A stretch of 64,000 nt of DNA, taken from the NCBI GenBank assembly GCA_965213675.1, contig OZ243916.1, positions 800,001 to 864,000 on the forward strand. Direction: 5' to 3'. Below the pieces are notes generated by a model that saw only the letters and a program-made list of their open reading frames with translations, made no database searches and was not told where the DNA came from. The position numbers and the translations under genes were made by a program. This DNA comes from an uncultured Candidatus Binatia bacterium. GTDB lineage: Bacteria; Desulfobacterota; Binatia; UBA9968; JAJDTQ01. Numbering within the stretch: the stretch's first letter is position 1; each line of letters starts with the position of its first letter. This document shows, piece by piece, positions 49,396 to 58,968 of the stretch.

Positions 49396-50640
49396 TCACT
49401 CCGTCCTCTGGCCGGTGATGCCCGAAATCTCCTGATCCGAATAACCCAATTCCCGCAACAAGGAAACCGTGTGCTCGCCCAGCAGGGGCGGATCGGTGCG
49501 GCGCGGCAGTTCCGCTTCCCGGAAATCCAGCGGCAGCGCGGGCAAGGGCGACGAGGTTCCATCGGGCGCGGTGAGCGCCGTCCAATGTTCGCGTTCCTTC
49601 AGGTGTGGATGGTCGAACAGGTCCATGGGGGTGTTGATGGGGGCGTGGGGAACGTTGGCCGATTCCAGCCGCGCCACGATGTCCTTGAAGTCGAGAGTGC
49701 GCGCCAACTCCTCGGTGCGGCGCGTCAACCGCCGGAACTCCGCCCGCCGTCCGGCGTTGTCGCGCAGCGCGTCCTCCGCCCAGAGGTCGTCGAGAACGAA
49801 CTCACGGCAATACGCTTCCCATTGCGCGTCGCTGGTGACGCCGATGAACACGTGGCGCCGATCCCGCGTCTCGAATACCCGGTAGATGCCCCAGCCCAGG
49901 TCCTGCCCCACGCCGCGCTCGGTCATGGGCGCCGGCGCCTCGCCGGAAATGCCGGCCTTGGCGATGTGCTGGGACACCAGAAAGACCGCGGTCTCGAACA
50001 GCCCCACCCGCATGGCCTCGCCGGCGACGTCATGGCCATGTCCCGTAGCGGCGACCGGCGGTCGCCCTTGCCCGCGCCCGCCCATGACGTCGCCGGCGTT
50101 CCCGCGTTCGCGTCCCACAAGCGCCGCCAGGACGCCGATGACACTGAACAGCGCGCCGGTCAGGTCCACCACCGACGCCCCCGCCCTGAGCGGCATCCCC
50201 GGCGGGCCGGTCATGTACGCCAGCCCGCCCATCATCTGCGCGGGTTCGTCCAGCAGGTTGCGGTTCTCGTAGGGTCCGGAAAGAAAGCCCTTGATGCCGC
50301 AGTGCAGCAGGCCGGGCCTGATGCGCTGCAACGCGTCATGGTCCAGCCCCATGCGCTCCAGCACGCCCGGTCCGTAATTGTCGATGAGAACGTCGGCGGT
50401 GCGCAGCAACCGCTCGAAGGCCTCGCGTCCGCGCGGGTCCTTGAGATCGAGGGCGACGCTGCGCTTGCCGCCGTTGAAGGCCAGGAAGTAGCCTTGATTG
50501 CCACGGCTGAAACGCGCCTGGTCGCCGCTTCCGGGCCGCTCCACCTTGATGACGTCGGCTCCCAACGCCGCCAGGACGAGGCCCGCCGTGGGGCCGGCCA
50601 CGATGTGGCCGAGTTCAAGGACTCTGATACCGTGAAGCAT
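49396..50640 (-). CDS. CaiB/BaiF family III CoA-transferase
   Basis: GIRVLELGHIVAGP, LGADVIKVE, KRSVALDLK, PPLLGEHT. Confidence 0.92.
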   Translation of the reverse strand: MLHGIRVLELGHIVAGPTAGLVLAALGADVIKVERPGSGDQARFSRGNQGYFLAFNGGKRSVALDLKDPRGREAFERLLRTADVLIDNYGPGVLERMGLDHDALQRIRPGLLHCGIKGFLSGPYENRNLLDEPAQMMGGLAYMTGPPGMPLRAGASVVDLTGALFSVIGVLAALVGRERGNAGDVMGGRGQGRPPVAATGHGHDVAGEAMRVGLFETAVFLVSQHIAKAGISGEAPAPMTERGVGQDLGWGIYRVFETRDRRHVFIGVTSDAQWEAYCREFVLDDLWAEDALRDNAGRRAEFRRLTRRTEELARTLDFKDIVARLESANVPHAPINTPMDLFDHPHLKEREHWTALTAPDGTSSPLPALPLDFREAELPRRTDPPLLGEHTVSLLRELGYSDQEISGITGQRTE

Positions 50641-50760
50641 GGTGTCCGATGCGCCGCTGCGGCTACTCGGGCAGGTTCCTAACGAAGCTCCCTTCGCCGT
50701 GTCAAGACGTGCCTTGACGCGGCGGCGCAAGCGCCCCGCGGCAATGGATCCTCGCGTTCC

Positions 50761-52539
50761 TTAACGAAGCCGATCCGGCAACGTCATCTCCAGAAGTCCA
50801 CGGGGGCGGCCCAATCCTGCCCACCGACTCCATTCCGCCAGCGGCGGAAAATGCGTCGCGGCCCTTTCGGCCACGTTGGCCCCTGGAAGCCGCATTTCGG
50901 CGTCCTCGGCCCCGGTCCAAACGTCCACCAGCAACCGCACCGTCGACTTCCGGCGCGGGAACGGTTGCAGGCGGATGGCTGTCTCCGGCGCGATGGCTGC
51001 CGCTTCGCGTACCGCCTGAATCGCGGCCGTATAACCGCCCAGCTCGTCCACCAGACCGCGCTCCCGCGCATCGGCGCCGGTCCAGACGCGACCCTGGGCA
51101 GCCGCCAGCACCTCTTCCCGGGACAGTTGGCGCCCTTCCGCCACCCTGGACACGAAATCGTCGTAGACCGCATCGAGGCGGCGCTCCAGGCGTTGCCGTT
51201 GCGCGGGATCGTAATCCCGTATCCCGCTCCAGAAGGTCGCGTTGGAGTTCGCGGCCACGTGGTCCCAGGAAACGCCGAGCTTTTCCCACAGCCCTTCGGT
51301 CACCATCTTCCCCGCGGCCACACCGATGGAACCGGTGAGAGTCGCTGGCTGCGCCACGATCCGGTTGGCCGGCGCCGCCACCATGTAGCCGCCGGAACCC
51401 GCGACGTTGCCCATGGAAACGACCACCGGTTTACCGCTCCGCCGGGCGCGCGCCACTTCGCGGTGGATCACGTCCGACGCCACGTAGGAGCCCCCCGGGC
51501 TGTCGATGCGGAAGATGATGCCGCGGACATCGTCGTCCTCCGCGGCCCGGCGCAAGGACCGCGCCACGCTGTCCGAACCCATGGAGCGCGCCCCGGTGAA
51601 CGCCTCGTGGCGGCTGCGGCCGCGGTGGATCTGCCCCATGCCGTAGACCAGCGCCACCGTGGCCGTTTCCTCTTCGGTGTCCTTGGCGCGCCCGCGGTAG
51701 TCCGTCAAGGACAGGAATTGGATATCCTTTCCCAGCGCTATACGGACCAGCGCATCCACCTCGTCACGGTACCGCAGGCCGTCCACGAGGTTCGCTTCCA
51801 GGGCTTCCGGGCCGGCCAACGGCGCCCGTTGCATCAGCTCGCGTACTTCTGCGCCGGACAATCCGCGGTCCGCGGTGATCCCGGCGGTCAACTGCTCCGT
51901 CAAGGACTCCAGAATGCGGCCCAGGGCCTCCCTTTGGGGAGTTGTGAAAGCGCTCTCCGTGAAGAGATCCTTGATCCCCTTGTACTGCTCGCGCTGGCCC
52001 AGGCGCGGTTTCACGCCAAGCTTTTCCAGCGTTCCCTTCAGGAAATAGCCTTCCGCCAGAAGGCCCGTGAGGCCAACGTCGCCCGAGGGTTGCAGGTAGA
52101 TGTTGTCGAACGCCGCGGCCAGATAATAGGCGCCGTTGCCGGGTCCGAAGTCACCCAGGGACTGGGCGAAGGCATAGGCCGGCTTGCCCGAACCCCGAAA
52201 AGCGTGCACCGCGCCCCGCAACTCCTGGATGCGCGCCCAACCCAGGCCGGAAGCGCCGACCTGGGCCACCAAGCCCACGACGCGCTCGTCCTTTGCCGCC
52301 CTCTCCATGGCGGCGATGGTCTCCCAGAGGGTCGGCTGCGTCTTCCCGAGACCGCTCCAGGGCGTGAGCCCGGCGCTTCCCAACTCGTCGACATGGCGGT
52401 CGAGGTTCAGAGTGAGCACCGTCCGCTCCGGCACCGGCGCGGTACGCGTGGCGAAGAATAACAGGGCCGCGGCCGTGCCGGCGGCGGCCAGCGTGGCCAA
52501 CGCCCCCACGAACATGAGAAAGATTCGAATGATACGCAT
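50761..52539 (-). CDS. sppA: Signal peptide peptidase SppA (long form)
   Basis: FRIDSPGGS, KPVVVSMGNVAGSGGY, TLTGSIGV, AQGRVWTG; GAGGAG RBS before MRIIRIF. Confidence 0.92.
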   Translation of the reverse strand: MRIIRIFLMFVGALATLAAAGTAAALLFFATRTAPVPERTVLTLNLDRHVDELGSAGLTPWSGLGKTQPTLWETIAAMERAAKDERVVGLVAQVGASGLGWARIQELRGAVHAFRGSGKPAYAFAQSLGDFGPGNGAYYLAAAFDNIYLQPSGDVGLTGLLAEGYFLKGTLEKLGVKPRLGQREQYKGIKDLFTESAFTTPQREALGRILESLTEQLTAGITADRGLSGAEVRELMQRAPLAGPEALEANLVDGLRYRDEVDALVRIALGKDIQFLSLTDYRGRAKDTEEETATVALVYGMGQIHRGRSRHEAFTGARSMGSDSVARSLRRAAEDDDVRGIIFRIDSPGGSYVASDVIHREVARARRSGKPVVVSMGNVAGSGGYMVAAPANRIVAQPATLTGSIGVAAGKMVTEGLWEKLGVSWDHVAANSNATFWSGIRDYDPAQRQRLERRLDAVYDDFVSRVAEGRQLSREEVLAAAQGRVWTGADARERGLVDELGGYTAAIQAVREAAAIAPETAIRLQPFPRRKSTVRLLVDVWTGAEDAEMRLPGANVAERAATHFPPLAEWSRWAGLGRPRGLLEMTLPDRLR

Positions 52540-52644
52540 GGGCACTCCTCGATTGTTCCATCCCGGATCTGTTACACAAGGGGACGGCGCCTGAAACGGC
52601 GCCCGGGGGCGCCGGGGTTTGCCGGCGGCGGAGGCGAGACCATC

Positions 52645-53064
52645 ATGCTGCGGATCACCAGCCGCATCAGCCTGAACGAAGACGAGATCGAGGAGCACTT
52701 CATCCGCGCCTCGGGGCCCGGCGGTCAGAACGTCAACAAGGTGGCCAGCGCTGTCCAGCTCCGCTTCCGCATCCTCGATTCGCCCTCGCTGCCGGATCCC
52801 GTGCGGGAACGCCTGCGGCGACTCGCCGGCACCCGGGTGGACAAGCACGGGGTGTTGACCATCGAGGCCAGGCGCTACCGTGATCAGTCCCGCAACCGGG
52901 AGGACGCCCTGGAACGTCTGGCCGCGCTGATTCGCAAGGCCGCGCAGACGCCAGCGCCGCGCCGCCCCACCAGACCCACCGCCGCTTCACGCCAACGCCG
53001 TCTCGACGACAAGCGCCGCCGCGGGGAGATCAAGAAGTCACGCCACCCCGACGCTGCGGAGTGA
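52645..53064 (+). CDS. arfB: Alternative ribosome rescue factor ArfB
   Basis: RASGPGGQNVNKV GGQ motif and basic C-terminal tail RRPTRPT..RRLDDK. Confidence 0.95.
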   Translation: MLRITSRISLNEDEIEEHFIRASGPGGQNVNKVASAVQLRFRILDSPSLPDPVRERLRRLAGTRVDKHGVLTIEARRYRDQSRNREDALERLAALIRKAAQTPAPRRPTRPTAASRQRRLDDKRRRGEIKKSRHPDAAE

Positions 53065-53117
53065 TCGCCTGCGCGAGAACTTCCGCTCCCGTTTCGGCCC
53101 TGTTTGGACGGCGGGGT

Positions 53118-53858
53118 TCAGTGCAACGTCGATGATTCGTCGTCCTTCTTTTTTCCCTGGATGACGCGAAGGCGCCGCTTCAATCGCGCCAACTGAAAGC
53201 GATAGTACTCGCGCCGGACCGTGGCCCATGAACGCCTCGGGCTCAGCGTGTAACCCCACTTGAGGTAGAGATAGCCGAACACCATGCCCCCCAGGTGCCC
53301 GAGGTGGGACACGCCGTCGCTTCCCGGGTCGATGGACGAGAAGAAGGCGATGGCGCCAACAATCAGCACGAGAAATTTCATGCGGATGGGGAACAACAGG
53401 TAGAGGTAGACGACGCTGTCCGGGTAGAGCCGCGCGTACCCCAGCAACACGCCGTAGATGCCCGCGGAAGCGCCGATGGTGGGGATGCCCTGATTCGGTT
53501 CGAGGAACAGCACGCACAGACCGCCGCCGACCACGCAGACCCAGTAATACTTGAGAAAGAAGCGCGTTCCCCAGGTCCGCTCCAGGTCGCACCCGAACAT
53601 CCACAGTGCGAGCATGTTGAAGAGGATGTGGAACAGGCCGAAGTGGAGGAACTGATAAGTGAAGAGCTGCCAGACGTGCCCCTCGGTCCAGACGAGTCGG
53701 GGGACCAGACCGAAGGTCCACAGGAGCACGGACCCGCCGAAGGCGGGAAGCTGAAAGACGAAGACCGCGATGTTGACGATGAGCAGGCACGTCACCGCCG
53801 GCGTCACTGTCCCCCCGAAGCTGAAGGAGTCATACGAGGACTGGGGCCGGGGAATCAT
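53118..53858 (-). CDS. Rhomboid intramembrane serine protease
   Basis: WQLFTYQFLH, HILFNM, GASAG, HLGG. Confidence 0.93.
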   Translation of the reverse strand: MIPRPQSSYDSFSFGGTVTPAVTCLLIVNIAVFVFQLPAFGGSVLLWTFGLVPRLVWTEGHVWQLFTYQFLHFGLFHILFNMLALWMFGCDLERTWGTRFFLKYYWVCVVGGGLCVLFLEPNQGIPTIGASAGIYGVLLGYARLYPDSVVYLYLLFPIRMKFLVLIVGAIAFFSSIDPGSDGVSHLGHLGGMVFGYLYLKWGYTLSPRRSWATVRREYYRFQLARLKRRLRVIQGKKKDDESSTLH

Positions 53859-53910
53859 GCGTTCAATATAGCGTATTGCACGGGGCGTCGTAAGCCGCTA
53901 AGCGTGGGGC

Positions 53911-54879
53911 ATGAAGATCCTCATCACCGGCGGAACCGGCGTGAACGGCGCGGCCACGGCGCGCCTCCTCGTTTCCCGGGGGCAGCGACCCGTGCTGCTG
54001 GACAACCGGGTGGACCTGTCTCTTGTGGCGGACATCGCGGACGATGTGGACCTGGTCACCGGCGACATCCTCGACGGCGCCGCGCTGCGAGGCGCGGTGG
54101 CGGCCCACGGCGTGACCCACATCGTGCACATGGCGGCGCTGATGCCGGGGCCGGCGGAGGCCAACCCTCCCCTCGCCATGGCCATCGGCGTGGACGGCAC
54201 CCTGAACGTGCTGGAAGCCGCGCGTGCCTGCAACGTGCGGCGCGTGATCTATACCAGCTCCAACGCTTACGTCGGCGACATCCGCGGCAAGCACGGCGAT
54301 CCCGATTTCGTCCCCCTGGACGAATCGCATCCACCCAACCCCGCGGACATCTACGGCGTGACCAAGGTCTGTTCCGAAACGCTGGGCAACTACTACCGCA
54401 AACGCCACGGCGTCGAGTTCGTGGCTCTGCGCTATCCTTCCATCTACGGCCCGGGCAAGCTCGCGCGCCACGGCGTCCTCGCCCTCTATGGCAAGATCAT
54501 CGAGGACGCCATAGCCGGACGCGCGTTCGCGCTCCCCCGGGGCGGCGACCAGCGCAACGATGTCGTCTATGTCGGCGACGTCGCCCACTCCATCGTGCTG
54601 GCGCTGAACGCCGGGCGCCTGACCCAGTGGGTCTTCAACATCGGCACCGCCCAAAGCGTCACACTCAAGGACTTCGCCGCCGAACTGAAACGTCACTTTC
54701 CCGACGCCCGGCTCGACATCGGCCCCGGCCTCGACTTCCGCGACGGCTACAAACAGAGCTACTGCAAGTTCGACATCACGAAGGCAAGGGAACAACTGGG
54801 ATATGCGCCGATGTTCGACCTCGAACGGGGCGTCGCGGACTATATCGAGAGCGTCCGGAAACTCGGGCTGGAGGTGTAG
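53911..54879 (+). CDS. NAD-dependent epimerase/dehydratase
   Basis: ITGGTGVNG, YGVTK, LRYPSIYGPG. Confidence 0.9.
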   Translation: MKILITGGTGVNGAATARLLVSRGQRPVLLDNRVDLSLVADIADDVDLVTGDILDGAALRGAVAAHGVTHIVHMAALMPGPAEANPPLAMAIGVDGTLNVLEAARACNVRRVIYTSSNAYVGDIRGKHGDPDFVPLDESHPPNPADIYGVTKVCSETLGNYYRKRHGVEFVALRYPSIYGPGKLARHGVLALYGKIIEDAIAGRAFALPRGGDQRNDVVYVGDVAHSIVLALNAGRLTQWVFNIGTAQSVTLKDFAAELKRHFPDARLDIGPGLDFRDGYKQSYCKFDITKAREQLGYAPMFDLERGVADYIESVRKLGLEV

Positions 54880-54992
54880 CGCGGGCGCGGTTCGCGCAGG
54901 CCTGAAACGGCGCGAAGAGAGTTTGCCGTTCGTGCCGCCCCCGGGTTTGTGCTATCGTCGCGGGGCGGGGCTGAGGATACGAAATTCACGGA

Positions 54993-55157
54993 CTCGTATT
55001 GCGTTCCGCAAATACGTTGCCGAAGATGCGCAGGAATTCTTGGCGTCGGCGAGACGCGATGACGAGCAGTGGCGTGTGCCACGCGAGGAAGAGCCACGCA
55101 GCCGACGGCAAAAGGGACAGGCGGATTAGTCAACGTATTTGCGGAACGCAACACGAG
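54993..55157. mobile_element. MITE-like hairpin element family B, copy 3 (inverted core)
   Basis: Arms CTCGTATTGCGTTCCGCAAATACGTTG...CAACGTATTTGCGGAACGCAACACGAG. Confidence 0.8.
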
Positions 55158-55174
55158 AATCAGGAGATCGGGGC

Positions 55175-55777
55175 ATGAAACTCTATCACTTTCCACCTTC
55201 AACGAACTCGTTGAAGGTGCGCATCGCCCTGCTGGAGAAGGGGTTGGAATTCGAGAGCGTCGTTATCGACCTGACCCGGCAGGAACAGAAAGACCCGGAG
55301 TATCTGAAGATTCACCCCTTCGGCCAGGTGCCTGCCCTCGATGACGACGGCTTCGTGGTTTACGACTCGACGATCATCAACGAGTACCTGGAGGAAGAGT
55401 ACCCTCATCCGGCGCTGCTGCCCTCGGATTCCGAAAGCCGCGCCGTGGCCCGCCTGTTGGAAGACTACCGGGACAACTGCGTCAATCCCCACTTCGTGAC
55501 GCTGATTCACGAATACCGGAAACCCGAGGATGAGCGCGACGCCGCGCTGATTCGCGGCACACAGACCTATATCGGTCAGGCGTTCGCCGGCCTCGACACG
55601 CTGCTCCAGGACCGGGAGTACCTGGCCGGCTCATTCAGCCTCGCCGACATCGCCTACATGCCCAACATCGCCCTGCTGGAGCGCTTCCAGGTGCCCCTGG
55701 GTCCCGACTTCAAGAACCTGGCTGGCTGGATCGGACGGTTGCGCACCCGCGCCAGCTACTCCGCCACGCAGAACTAG
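55175..55777 (+). CDS. Glutathione S-transferase
   Basis: MKLYHFPPS, HPFGQVPAL, DSTIINEYLEE, FSLADI. Confidence 0.92.
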   Translation: MKLYHFPPSTNSLKVRIALLEKGLEFESVVIDLTRQEQKDPEYLKIHPFGQVPALDDDGFVVYDSTIINEYLEEEYPHPALLPSDSESRAVARLLEDYRDNCVNPHFVTLIHEYRKPEDERDAALIRGTQTYIGQAFAGLDTLLQDREYLAGSFSLADIAYMPNIALLERFQVPLGPDFKNLAGWIGRLRTRASYSATQN

Positions 55778-55787
55778 CGCCCCGCGG

Positions 55788-56492
55788 TTGCGGCGCCGCT
55801 GCCCATTTATCTTGCCATCGCTGCTTGCCTGGCTGGTACACCTCTACACGGCGCTCGGGGCGGCGGTGGCGTTGTTCACGCTGGCCATGGTGGCCGGCGG
55901 TCGCCATCGCGAGGCGCTGGCGCTCATGGGGTTGGCGCTCGTTCTCGACGCCACGGACGGAACGCTCGCCCGCGCGGCGCGGGTCAAGGAGCGGGTCCCC
56001 CGGATCGACGGCGCCCGTCTGGACGACATCGTCGACTACCTCAACTACGTCCTCGTTCCCTGCTTCCTGTTGCTCTGGGCGGGACTGTTGCCCGCCGGTC
56101 ACGGGTGGATCGCGTGCCTGCCGCTCCTGGCGAGCGCGTACGGTTTCTCACAGACCGACGCCAAGACTCCGGACCATTTCTTCCTGGGATTCCCGTCGTA
56201 CTGGAACGTGGTGGCGTTTTACTGCTACGTGCTGAGACTGAGCCCCTTGTTCAACGCGTTCGTGGTCATCGTATTGTCGGTGATGGTGTTCGTCCCCATC
56301 CGCTACCTGTATCCGAGCCGGAACACCTTCTGCCAGGGTCTGACCATCACCTTGGGCGTTGTTTGGGGCGCACTCTGTTTCGTGGTCGTATTCCATATGC
56401 CCACACCGCCGCCCGGCTTGGCCTGGGCGTCGCTGTTCTTTCCGGTCTACTACCTGGCGGCGTCGTTCTGGTCGCACCTGCGGGCGCGATGA
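55788..56492 (+). CDS. pcs: Phosphatidylcholine synthase-like CDP-alcohol phosphatidyltransferase
   Basis: AWLVHLYTALG, DATDGTLAR..RVKE..P.IDG..LDDIVDYL, HFFLGFPSYWN; start uncertain. Confidence 0.82.
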   Translation: MRRRCPFILPSLLAWLVHLYTALGAAVALFTLAMVAGGRHREALALMGLALVLDATDGTLARAARVKERVPRIDGARLDDIVDYLNYVLVPCFLLLWAGLLPAGHGWIACLPLLASAYGFSQTDAKTPDHFFLGFPSYWNVVAFYCYVLRLSPLFNAFVVIVLSVMVFVPIRYLYPSRNTFCQGLTITLGVVWGALCFVVVFHMPTPPPGLAWASLFFPVYYLAASFWSHLRAR

Positions 56493-56545
56493 GCCGGGTG
56501 TGGGGCGATCCCCTGGGCCGTTCGGCGGGGGTCCGGGGCTGGTTC

Positions 56546-57025
56546 CTAACGCGTGGGCTCCATCGACTCGTCGCGGTGGATGCGGATGGCCAGCACGTCC
56601 GCTTCGGCGCACAACTGCTGTTCGCAACTCAACGTGCAATGGATCAGGCTCTTGCGCCCCTCGACCTTGCGCAGGGCGGCGCGCAGTTCCAGGGGTTTCC
56701 CGAGGGGGGTCGGGCGGCGGTAGTTGATGTTCATGCTGGCGGTGACGAAGAACACCCGCGGCGCGCTGCCGATGGGGCGCCGCTCGTCCTGATAGGCGCG
56801 GGCGATGGCGAGATTGAGGCTGTGGCAATCGAGGAGGGTGGCGATGACGCCGCCATTCACTACCTCACGGGTGCCGCCGCTGTGATGCGGCTGCGCGGTC
56901 CACGTGCACACAGCGTCGTCGCCGTCCCAGCGGCTCTTGACCTGGAGCCCCTGCGCATTGGCCGGACCGCAGCCGTAACACAGGGTCGTCGCGCCCTGAT
57001 CCTGAAAGGGCAGCTCCTCGGTCAT
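56546..57025 (-). CDS. PaaI-family thioesterase
   Basis: CYGCGPANAQGL, NGGVIATLLDCH, TASMNINYRRPTP. Confidence 0.88.
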   Translation of the reverse strand: MTEELPFQDQGATTLCYGCGPANAQGLQVKSRWDGDDAVCTWTAQPHHSGGTREVVNGGVIATLLDCHSLNLAIARAYQDERRPIGSAPRVFFVTASMNINYRRPTPLGKPLELRAALRKVEGRKSLIHCTLSCEQQLCAEADVLAIRIHRDESMEPTR

Positions 57026-57072
57026 GCGGTGTCTCCTTCGGCGGATGGGTCTCCGGGCGGACAGTACGCCGT

Positions 57073-57939
57073 CTACCCGGCGCGCGCCACACCCAGCCGG
57101 AGTCGGCCGACTCCTTCGATCTCCGCCACCAACTCGTCGCCCGCCGCCAGTGGCTGCTGAAACTCCGGAGAATCCGGATTGCCGCTGGCAATGAGGTCGC
57201 CCGGCATCAGGGTTCCCACCTGTGACAGGTAGCTGACCAGCCGTGCCACGCCGTTGATCATGCCGCCGGTGCTGGCGGATTGGCGCAGTTCGCCGTTAAC
57301 CCACAGACGCATCTCCAGGGCCTGCGGATCGGGTATCTCGTCACGGGTGGCGATCCAGGGTCCCACGGGCGCGAAGGTGTCGAAGCCCTTGCGCACGCAG
57401 CGGGTGCCCATGAGGTTCTTCCCCGAGCCGTAGCCCCTGGCAGTGACATCCAGAATAACGCTGTAGCCGAACACCGCGTCCAGGGCCTCATCCGCCGGCA
57501 GGTCCCGGCTCTCTCTGCCGATGACCACGCACAACTCCAGCTCGGGGAAAATGGTTTCGGCGTCGCGCGGTATGACGATGTCCTTGCCCGGGCCGACCAC
57601 CGCGGACGGCGGCTTGAGGAAGATGTGCTCCAGCAACTCGTCCGGCGGCCGTTCCCGTGCCTCGCCGCGCCCTCCGGCACTGGTCAGGTTCGCGCTGCCG
57701 CGATGGTAGTTGCCGGCGGCGGCCCAGATCTTCGAAGGCGCCGGCACCGGAGCGGCGAGTTGCGCGGCATCGAGGGCTGCCGGAGTCCCTTGCGAGATCG
57801 CGCGCTCGATGGCCGCCCGGTCCGCCTCATACGCGGCCGCGAGATCCTTCATGGAGGCGCAGACACCGTCGAGAACCACCATCTGAAGGTCTGACGTGAC
57901 CGCGGCCACGGCGCCGTCCTCAAGGGTCGCAAACCGCAT
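57073..57939 (-). CDS. Fumarylacetoacetate hydrolase-family protein
   Basis: IFLKPPSAV, ELELCVVIG, DVTAR, KGFDTFAPVGP. Confidence 0.92.
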   Translation of the reverse strand: MRFATLEDGAVAAVTSDLQMVVLDGVCASMKDLAAAYEADRAAIERAISQGTPAALDAAQLAAPVPAPSKIWAAAGNYHRGSANLTSAGGRGEARERPPDELLEHIFLKPPSAVVGPGKDIVIPRDAETIFPELELCVVIGRESRDLPADEALDAVFGYSVILDVTARGYGSGKNLMGTRCVRKGFDTFAPVGPWIATRDEIPDPQALEMRLWVNGELRQSASTGGMINGVARLVSYLSQVGTLMPGDLIASGNPDSPEFQQPLAAGDELVAEIEGVGRLRLGVARAG

Positions 57940-58024
57940 CGCATTTCTCCTGGTTCCCCTCCCTCACCGGGTTGGGGCAAGCTTTCGCGGGACTCATGTG
58001 ACCGGGCTGACGCCGGTTTGGCGC

Positions 58025-58795
58025 CTAATACGAATCCTTCAGTTCCCGGACCTTGGCGAACACGGAAACCGGATCCGTCCCGATCCCGGGGAAGCGGTCG
58101 GCCAGACCCGTCTTGATCTCGTCGCTTTCACAGCGAAGGAACGGATTGGTCGCCAGTTCGTCGTCCAGGCGGGAAGGCACCGTGAACTCATCCCTGGACC
58201 GGAGCGCCTGCACCGCCTCCAGCCGCTGGCGCACCGCCTCGTTGCCGGGCTCCATGGTCAACGCGAACTGCAGGTTCTTCTCGGTGTACTCGTGGCCGCA
58301 GTAGACCAGGGTATCGCCGGAGAGGTCGCGGAGCTTGTCCAGGGAGGACGTCATCTGCTGGGCCGTTCCCTCGAAGACCCGGCCGCAACCGCCGGCGAAC
58401 AAGGCGTCCCCGCTGAACAGCTTTCCGGGGAATACGAAACCGAGGTGTCCGATGGTATGCCCCGGAATGAACAGCACATTGCCGCCCTCTTCCCCCACCT
58501 CGATATCATCCCCCTCCATGAGCCGATGCGTGATGCCCGGAATGCGGTGCTCGTCCACCTTGGCGCCAAACACCTTCAGGTCGGGCTTCTGTCGGAGGAG
58601 ATACTCGTTTCCGCCCGTGTGGTCCCGGTGATGGTGCGTGTTGAGGATCGCGACAAGGTCGACCCCCTCCTCCTGCACCGTGCGCCAGACAGGCTCGCCC
58701 TCGGAAGGGTCCACGATGCTCGCCTTGCGGGTCTTCTCGCAGACCAGGAGGTAGCCGTAGTTGTCCCTCAACAAAGGTATCTGAACGATTCTCAT
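58025..58795 (-). CDS. gloB: Hydroxyacylglutathione hydrolase (glyoxalase II)
   Basis: DNYGYLL, THHHRDHTGG, PGHT, FSGDALF, CGHEYT, TNPFLR. Confidence 0.93.
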   Translation of the reverse strand: MRIVQIPLLRDNYGYLLVCEKTRKASIVDPSEGEPVWRTVQEEGVDLVAILNTHHHRDHTGGNEYLLRQKPDLKVFGAKVDEHRIPGITHRLMEGDDIEVGEEGGNVLFIPGHTIGHLGFVFPGKLFSGDALFAGGCGRVFEGTAQQMTSSLDKLRDLSGDTLVYCGHEYTEKNLQFALTMEPGNEAVRQRLEAVQALRSRDEFTVPSRLDDELATNPFLRCESDEIKTGLADRFPGIGTDPVSVFAKVRELKDSY

Positions 58796-58933
58796 GGGCG
58801 CCTTTATAGCAAAACGGGATGGCCCGGACCATAGCCCGTTCACTTCGGCGCCCTTGATGACAGCCGGTGAGCAAGCCCTTGCCAGCGAATCGCCGAGCGG
58901 GAGTCGCCTCATGGATCGGCCGCGACGCCTGGA

Positions 58934-58962
58934 TTGACCTGCGGCAAGGGTTCGCCTAACCT
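58934..58962 (+). promoter_or_regulatory. Sigma70 promoter, probably giving a leaderless mRNA
   Basis: TTGACC-17bp-TAACCT followed 6 nt later by ATG 58969; no Shine-Dalgarno. Confidence 0.55.
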
Positions 58963-58968
58963 GATTTC

